From a bacterium (GTDB taxonomy: Bacteria; Eisenbacteria; RBG-16-71-46): a stretch of 12,113 nt of DNA. This document shows, piece after piece, positions 7,387 through 12,113 of this stretch. The notes under the pieces are model-generated. The model was given only the letters and a program-made list of their open reading frames with translations, searched no databases and had not been told where the DNA came from. The DNA lies in contig JAYWEM010000050.1 of assembly GCA_043779265.1 (NCBI GenBank), positions 1 through 12,113 of the forward strand. The letters run 5' to 3'. The position numbers were made by a program, and so were the translations under genes. Numbering within the stretch: the stretch's first letter is position 1; each line of letters starts with the position of its first letter.

Positions 7387-7395
7387 ATCATGCCA
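7387..7395 (-). promoter_or_regulatory. Putative extended -10 (TG-g-CATGAT) for leaderless AsmA-family transcript
   Basis: Minus strand reads TGgCATGAT-gcggcc-ATG (6-nt spacer), no SD. The first base of the hexamer deviates from consensus. Confidence 0.4.
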
Positions 7396-7469
7396 TCGCG
7401 CCGCGCCGCGGGCATCACCCCCACGCAAAGCCGTGCCCCGGCGAGGGTGAGCGGCCGACGCGGAAGTAG

Positions 7470-7475
7470 TAATCT
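7470..7475 (+). promoter_or_regulatory. Putative -10 hexamer (TAATCT) for leaderless purE
   Basis: TAATCT-ccgccgcc-ATG(7484), 8-nt spacer, no SD. Confidence 0.6.
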
Positions 7476-7483
7476 CCGCCGCC

Positions 7484-7984
7484 ATGAGCCCCACGACCCC
7501 CGTGAAAGTCGGCGTCATCATGGGCAGCCGATCCGACCTCGACACCATGCGCCGGTGCCTCGAGCGCCTGACCGACCTCGACATCCCGCATGAGGCCAAC
7601 GTCGTCAGCGCCCACCGCACGCCCGACTGGATGGCCGAGTACGCCAAGAGCGCGCTGGCCCGTGGCCTGCACGTGATCATCGCCGCCGCGGGCGGCGCCG
7701 CCCACCTCCCCGGCATGGTCGCGGCGCACACACCGCTACCCGTGCTCGGCGTGCCCATCGCGACGGGCGCGCTCCAGGGCATGGACGCGCTGCTCTCGAT
7801 CGCCCAGATGCCCGGCGGCGTTCCCGTCGGCACGCTCGCGATCGGCAATGCCGGCGCGACCAACGCCGCGATGCTCGCCGCGCGCATCCTGTCGCTGCAC
7901 GATGCCGCATTGCGCGACCGCCTGACCGCGTGGACCGACGCTCAGCGCGACCGCGTGCTCGCCGAGCGCGATCTCGGGGCATGA
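7484..7984 (+). CDS. purE: N5-carboxyaminoimidazole ribonucleotide mutase (class I PurE)
   Basis: [51 protein letters not shown] and NAA motifs; followed by purK. Confidence 0.98.
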   Translation: MSPTTPVKVGVIMGSRSDLDTMRRCLERLTDLDIPHEANVVSAHRTPDWMAEYAKSALARGLHVIIAAAGGAAHLPGMVAAHTPLPVLGVPIATGALQGMDALLSIAQMPGGVPVGTLAIGNAGATNAAMLAARILSLHDAALRDRLTAWTDAQRDRVLAERDLGA

Positions 7985-9141
7985 GCCCGATCCTGCCAGG
8001 AGGCACGATCGGGCTCCTCGGCGGCGGACAGCTGGGGCGGATGGCCGCGATCGCCGCGCGGGAGATGGGCTACCAGGTGCGCGTGCTCGACCCCGACCCC
8101 GAGTGCTCCGCGCGCGGTGTCGCGGACGGCCAGGTGGTCGCCGCCTTCGACGATGTCGATGCCGCTCGAACACTGGCCCGCACCTGCGATGTCGTCAGCT
8201 ACGAGATCGAGCGCATCTCGCCCGATGTGCTCGAGGCGGTCGCCGCCGAGACCACCCTGCGGCCCGGCCCCCACGTGCTCGGCGTCGTGCAGGACCGCGA
8301 CACGCAGAAGCGCTGGCTCGAATCCCAGTCGATCCCCATCGGGCCCTGGCTGCCCGCCGACAGCCCCGATGCACTCGCCGATGCACTCAAGCGCTTCGAT
8401 GCTCCGTGCCGGATCAAGGCGGCCCGTGGCGGTTATGACGGCCGCGCCCAGGCGCGCGCGCTTCCGGGTGATGATGTCGAAACGCTCTGGCGCGCCCTCG
8501 GCGGCCGGCCTTGCGTGGTCGAGCGCGAACTCCCGCTGCTCGCCGAGTGCTCGGTGCTGGTGGCCCGCCGCCCCAACGGCGAGATCGCGGTACACCCGCC
8601 CGCGCGCAACTGGCACGAGGACGGCATCCTCGATACGTCGCTGCTGCCGAGCGCGCTGCCGAGCGCGGTCGAATCGACTGCACGACACGCCGCGACCCGG
8701 ATCGCCGAGGCGCTCTCGGTCGAGGGCGTATTGGTGGTCGAGTTCTTCCTCGTCGCCGATGGCCGCGTGCTGGTCAATGAACTCGCGCCTCGCCCGCACA
8801 ACACGTTCCATCATGCCGAGGCCGCCTGCGCCACCGGACAGTTCGAGCAGTACGTGCGCGCGCTGTGCGACCTGCCGCTGGGGGACACGCGCCTGCTGCG
8901 CCCGGCCGCGCTCGCCAACCTGCTCGGCGATCTGTGGCGCGAGGGGCGCACGCCGCACTTCCACGCGGCGCTCGCGGTGCCCGGCACGCAGGTGCATCTC
9001 TACGGCAAGGCGCCTCGCCCCAAGCGCAAGGTCGGACACCTGATCACGCGCGGCGATTCGCCCGAAGCGGCCCTCGAGGGACTCCGCGAGGCGAGACGCC
9101 GCCTCGGCGACCCCGTCGCTGCGCGACAGTTGTCGGTGTGA
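7981..9141 (+). CDS. purK: N5-carboxyaminoimidazole ribonucleotide synthase (ATP-grasp), 386 aa
   Basis: [13 protein letters not shown], QDRxx[26 protein letters not shown] and RKVGH motifs. The ATG at 7981 overlaps the purE TGA (ATGA). The track's start at 7930 is too far upstream. Confidence 0.97.
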   Translation: MSPILPGGTIGLLGGGQLGRMAAIAAREMGYQVRVLDPDPECSARGVADGQVVAAFDDVDAARTLARTCDVVSYEIERISPDVLEAVAAETTLRPGPHVLGVVQDRDTQKRWLESQSIPIGPWLPADSPDALADALKRFDAPCRIKAARGGYDGRAQARALPGDDVETLWRALGGRPCVVERELPLLAECSVLVARRPNGEIAVHPPARNWHEDGILDTSLLPSALPSAVESTARHAATRIAEALSVEGVLVVEFFLVADGRVLVNELAPRPHNTFHHAEAACATGQFEQYVRALCDLPLGDTRLLRPAALANLLGDLWREGRTPHFHAALAVPGTQVHLYGKAPRPKRKVGHLITRGDSPEAALEGLREARRRLGDPVAARQLSV

Positions 9142-9146
9142 ACCAG

Positions 9147-9152
9147 TAGGCT
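9147..9152 (+). promoter_or_regulatory. Putative -10 hexamer (TAGGCT) for leaderless eda transcript
   Basis: TAGGCT-ccgccgcc-ATG(9161), 8-nt spacer, inside the 19-nt purK-eda gap; no SD. Confidence 0.6.
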
Positions 9153-9160
9153 CCGCCGCC

Positions 9161-9805
9161 ATGGCCCTCGACCATCCGCTCCTCGCGACACTGAGGCAGC
9201 ACCGCCTCGTCTCGGTCATCCGCGCCGCGACCGCGGACGCCGCGTACGAAGCCGCTCGCGCCGTGGCACGCGGCGGCATCCGCTTCGTCGAGGTGACCTA
9301 CAGCTGCCCCGACGTTCCGGGCATCCTGCGGCGACTGCAGGGCACCGATGCCATTCTCGGCGCAGGCACCGTGCTGACGGCCGACGAAGCGGTTGCCGCG
9401 GTCGGCGCCGGGGCGCAGTTCCTGATCGCCCCCGACTGCACCGCCGAAGTCGCGGAGGTCGCGCGCCGCCTCGGCGTGCTCTATTGCCCCGGTGCCTACA
9501 CCACCACTGAGATCCTCGCCGCTCGCCGTCTCGGCGCGCACGTGGTCAAGGTGTATCCGGTCGGCGTCGCCGGCGGGCCCGACTACATCAAGGTGATCCG
9601 CGACCCGATCCCGAACGTGGCCCTACTGGCCGCGGGCGGCACGCATCTCGAGAACATCGTGCCGTTCTTCGAGGCGGGCGCGGTGGCGTGCGGACTCGGC
9701 GCATCGCTCGCCGACCCCAAGCTGGCGCTCGCCGGCGAGTTCGATGCGATCGAAGCGCGGGCGCGCGAGTTCGTCACACGCGCCGCTTCGCACGCCGCGG
9801 GATGA
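9161..9805 (+). CDS. eda: KDPG/KHG aldolase family (Eda/DgoA-like class I aldolase)
   Basis: VSVIR, GGIRFVEVT (conserved Glu), LGAGTVL, GAQFLIAP, PGAYTTTEI, VKVYP (Schiff-base Lys), GGPDYIK and GG motifs. Substrate specificity cannot be determined from this. Confidence 0.9.
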   Translation: MALDHPLLATLRQHRLVSVIRAATADAAYEAARAVARGGIRFVEVTYSCPDVPGILRRLQGTDAILGAGTVLTADEAVAAVGAGAQFLIAPDCTAEVAEVARRLGVLYCPGAYTTTEILAARRLGAHVVKVYPVGVAGGPDYIKVIRDPIPNVALLAAGGTHLENIVPFFEAGAVACGLGASLADPKLALAGEFDAIEARAREFVTRAASHAAG

Positions 9806-11031
9806 GAGCGCGCGCGGCGCTCCTGGCACTGACGCTGTTCGCAACCGCCACGCCCGCTCGCGCGGACGTGCCTCAGTTCGCGAGCTTCGACATCGCGCGC
9901 CAGGAACAGGACGATGAGAACGCCCTCGATGTGTTCCTCGCCCGGCAGCCGCGCGCGTGGCGGGAGGACTGGGAGCGCTCCACCGGTGGATTCCGATCGA
10001 GCCAGGGCTGCCTGACCGCGGGCCAGTGGTATCTCGTGCACGAGTTGCGGACGCGCGCCTCGATGGGCGATAGCGCTCGCCTCGAGGTGTCGCTGCTGCA
10101 GGTGCACGATCACGAGTCCATCCACGAGTCGCTCCATCTCGATGCACGCTTCCCGACCCGGCGATTGGGGACGCTCGGCGCGCGCTTCCGCCCCGATTTC
10201 GACAAGAGCCAGCAGGACTTCGCACTGCTGTGGGATCTCGGCGGCCCCACGCGGCCGCACCATCTGCAGCTCACGTTCACCTTCGAGGACCTGTTCAACT
10301 CGCTCTGGTCGTTCCGCCAGTCGCAGGTCGGCGGCGAGAGCAGGCCCTATGTGCGGCATCCGTTCGAACCCGCCGTGCGTCATGTGTGGCGCGGCGCGCA
10401 TCACCGCATCGAGTCGCATGCGACGTGGCTGACGCCCCTCGAGCAACTGCTGCTCGACCCCTCGGGCGCGATCGTCGAGCGCAGCACGTTGTGGGGTGCG
10501 CTGGCCGGGTCTCGCATCGAACTGCACGCAGGCGGCTGGGCGTTCGAGGCGGCGGTCGATGGCAAGCAGGCGCGCTCGAGCGAGCACCGCGCCGGCTCCC
10601 CGCTCGATGGCCGCGTGTTCCGCCGCCGCTGGCTCGCCGAGGTGGTGTTGCGGCGCGACCTCGGCGAGACGATCACGGCGGAGGCGCGCTGGATCCATCA
10701 GGAACGCACGCAAACCTGGCGGCCGCCCGCGGGCGATGGCCGATTCGAGGCGGTGGACCGTGTGCCGGTGGTCGAGGTCGGATGGAAGGCTCACCCGAGG
10801 GCGCACTTCCGCTTCGGCGCGATGCGTGGGGACATCGACATCAGCGGCGCGGACACGACACCCGTGGGCAGCTATGGTACGCGGCACGAGACGCGCGTCT
10901 TCATCGGCCTTCAGGCGCGCTTCGGAAGACTGGTCCTGCAGGGCGTCGAGGGGTTCGAGTTGGACCGAGAGCCCTATGAGGTGTCCTTCCGCCACGACAA
11001 GGGCTTCATCCAGTTGCAGACCACCTTCTGA
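9802..11031 (+). CDS. Hypothetical exported protein, probable outer-membrane beta-barrel (409 aa)
   Basis: ATG at 9802 overlaps the eda TGA (ATGA). Signal peptide MRARAALLALTLFATATPARA, many alternating polar/hydrophobic strands, and C-terminus GFIQLQTTF ending in Phe (BAM beta-signal-like). Confidence 0.75.
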   Translation: MRARAALLALTLFATATPARADVPQFASFDIARQEQDDENALDVFLARQPRAWREDWERSTGGFRSSQGCLTAGQWYLVHELRTRASMGDSARLEVSLLQVHDHESIHESLHLDARFPTRRLGTLGARFRPDFDKSQQDFALLWDLGGPTRPHHLQLTFTFEDLFNSLWSFRQSQVGGESRPYVRHPFEPAVRHVWRGAHHRIESHATWLTPLEQLLLDPSGAIVERSTLWGALAGSRIELHAGGWAFEAAVDGKQARSSEHRAGSPLDGRVFRRRWLAEVVLRRDLGETITAEARWIHQERTQTWRPPAGDGRFEAVDRVPVVEVGWKAHPRAHFRFGAMRGDIDISGADTTPVGSYGTRHETRVFIGLQARFGRLVLQGVEGFELDREPYEVSFRHDKGFIQLQTTF

Positions 11032-11075
11032 CTCAACCGGGGCAAGGCCACGACTCCCGAGGAAGGAAGCTCCCC

Positions 11076-11399
11076 ATGCTCAACGAGTTCAAGACATTCC
11101 TGTTGAAGACCAACGCACTGGCCCTCGCGGTCGGCGTGGTCATCGGTGGCGCCGTGGGCAAGGTCGTCAGCTCGCTCGTGGCCGACATCATCATGCCGCT
11201 CATCTCGCTGGCGATTCCGGGCGGCGCCTGGCGCGAGGCCAGCCTCGTGCTGTCGCGCAACGACGATGGCACCGCGGCCAGCGCGATCACCTACGGATCG
11301 TTCATGGGCGCCATGATCGACTTCGTGATCATCGCGTTCGTGGTGTTCATAGTGACCAAGTCCATCCTCAAAGAGGACCCGAACGCCGAGAAGAAGTGA
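11076..11399 (+). CDS. mscL: Large-conductance mechanosensitive channel MscL family protein (short, 107 aa)
   Basis: MLNEFKTFL..NALALAVGVVIGGA..VVSSLVADIIMP and YGSFMGAMIDFVIIAFVVF motifs; purine-rich SD-like AGGAAGGA at 11060-11068. Confidence 0.95.
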   Translation: MLNEFKTFLLKTNALALAVGVVIGGAVGKVVSSLVADIIMPLISLAIPGGAWREASLVLSRNDDGTAASAITYGSFMGAMIDFVIIAFVVFIVTKSILKEDPNAEKK

Positions 11400-11432
11400 C
11401 GCTGGGGCGCCCGGGCGCGGCCCGGCTCAGCG
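11400..11432. terminator. GC-rich inverted repeats between convergent mscL and kinase stops, possible bidirectional terminator
   Basis: 12-bp palindrome GCGCCCGGGCGC (11407-11418), an alternative stem CCGGGC/GCCCGG (11411-11425), and outer pairing CGCTGGG/CTCAGCG. No U-tract; could be chance at this GC content. Confidence 0.3.
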
Positions 11433-12113
11433 AGCGGGCGCCTTCTCCGTCGACTTCGCGTGCCGCGCGGCACACGCGTCCGCGATGGCGCTGGCCAGCG
11501 CCTCCCCTCCGAAGGGCTTGGCGAGGAAGCGCATCGCCTTGAGTTCCAGGTGCGACGGCGGCGCATAGCCGGACATGAGCACCACGCTCGCCTGCGGTTG
11601 CTTGATCTTCAGCTCCTCGGCGAGCGCGCGACCGTCCATCCCGGGCATCACGATGTCCGAGAGGATGATGTCCACTTCGCCGACCGCGTCGTCGGACAAC
11701 TCGAGCGCCCGCTGCGGACCGTCGGCAGCCAGCACCTCGTAGCCGAGCCGCTGGAGCATGAGCGTCGCCAACTCGCGCACGCGGACATCGTCCTCGATCA
11801 ACAGCACGAGCCCCTGCCCGCTCGGGCTGGCGGCCTCCAGGCCCGCCGGCTTCGCGGGGACAGTTCGGCTCGGAGCGGCGATCCGCGGCAGGAACACGCT
11901 GAACGTCGAACCCTCGTTGCGGCGACTGGCGACCTCGACCCGGCCGCAGCAGCCCTCGACGATGCCGTGCACGCTCGAGAGGCCGAGCCCGGTCCCGCCG
12001 CCCATCTCCTTCGTGGTGAAGAACGGCTCGAACACGCGCCGCAGCGTGCCCTCGTCCATGCCGATACCGGTGTCCGTGACGCGCAGCAGGACTTCGATCT
12101 CGCAGGCGTTGGT
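11427..12113 (-). CDS. Hybrid sensor histidine kinase/response regulator (CckA-like), C-terminal part: HATPase_c plus receiver; starts beyond the right edge
   Basis: The frame is open to the edge: TNACEIEVLLRVTDTGIGMD (G1), FEPFFTTK (F box), GTGLGLS (G2). Receiver motifs VLLIEDD, ILSDIVMPGMDG, LMSGY and FLAKPF. The track's Met at 12059 is internal. Confidence 0.95.
   Translation of the reverse strand, partial: TNACEIEVLLRVTDTGIGMDEGTLRRVFEPFFTTKEMGGGTGLGLSSVHGIVEGCCGRVEVASRRNEGSTFSVFLPRIAAPSRTVPAKPAGLEAASPSGQGLVLLIEDDVRVRELATLMLQRLGYEVLAADGPQRALELSDDAVGEVDIILSDIVMPGMDGRALAEELKIKQPQASVVLMSGYAPPSHLELKAMRFLAKPFGGEALASAIADACAARHAKSTEKAPAR

Noticed and set aside
7411..7460. ACGCAAAGCC resembling part of a c-di-GMP-I (GEMM) riboswitch, within a TCACCC/GGGTGA stem upstream of purE
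   Set aside because: The upstream GGCAAA and GNRA-tetraloop stem and the downstream receptor motif are absent. The segment also lies upstream of both candidate leaderless promoters, so it would not be in either mRNA. An Rfam scan would settle it.
7381..7887. N-terminal extension of the AsmA-family ORF to 1044 aa
   Set aside because: It is the antisense of purE; the TM anchor begins right after the Met at 7380.
9155..9164. Kozak-like GCCGCCATGG at the eda start
   Set aside because: The context is clearly bacterial (ATGA overlaps, purEK, mscL); it is better explained as a GC-rich spacer after a -10 element.
1475..11566. Numerous long alternative-frame ORFs (e.g. 1475..2998, 2749..3777, 5750..7450, 7942..9279, 9583..10995, 10496..11542)
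   Set aside because: Expected where stop codons are scarce at high GC. They overlap well-supported genes and have Arg/Pro/Ser-rich translations with no family motifs.
1..12113. CRISPR arrays, tRNA/rRNA genes, transposases, integrases, phage or defence genes
   Set aside because: I saw no regularly spaced repeats, cloverleaf structures, terminal inverted repeats or relevant protein motifs, and composition appears uniform.

Overview
GC-rich bacterial DNA from a diderm organism (it has an AsmA-like protein and a probable outer-membrane beta-barrel). It is densely coding, with 11 credible genes, two of them cut by the window edges. In order: the N-terminus of a membrane-anchored, probably sensor-kinase-like protein (-, off the left edge and absent from the ORF track); a secreted Cys-rich protein with two CxxC-bearing repeat domains (-); a divergent polysaccharide deacetylase (YibQ-like, +); a glycogen-debranching/amylo-alpha-1,6-glucosidase-like protein (+); an AsmA-family protein (-); purE-purK (+); a KDPG/KHG aldolase coupled to an uncharacterised beta-barrel gene (+); a short mscL (+); and the C-terminus of a hybrid histidine kinase/receiver (-). 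I saw no mobile elements, CRISPR arrays or RNA genes. Three observations stand out. (1) Six genes have a -10-like hexamer (five TAnnnT, one TG-n-CATGAT) 6-10 nt before the ATG and no Shine-Dalgarno, suggesting pervasive leaderless expression; purE and eda share a 17/19-identical start element. (2) Two adjacent, intact carbohydrate-enzyme homologues both appear to have lost their catalytic motifs. (3) The Cys-rich secreted protein lies directly upstream of a putative sensor gene. Family assignments come from motif recognition by eye, not from database searches. I cannot claim a new system from this window alone.
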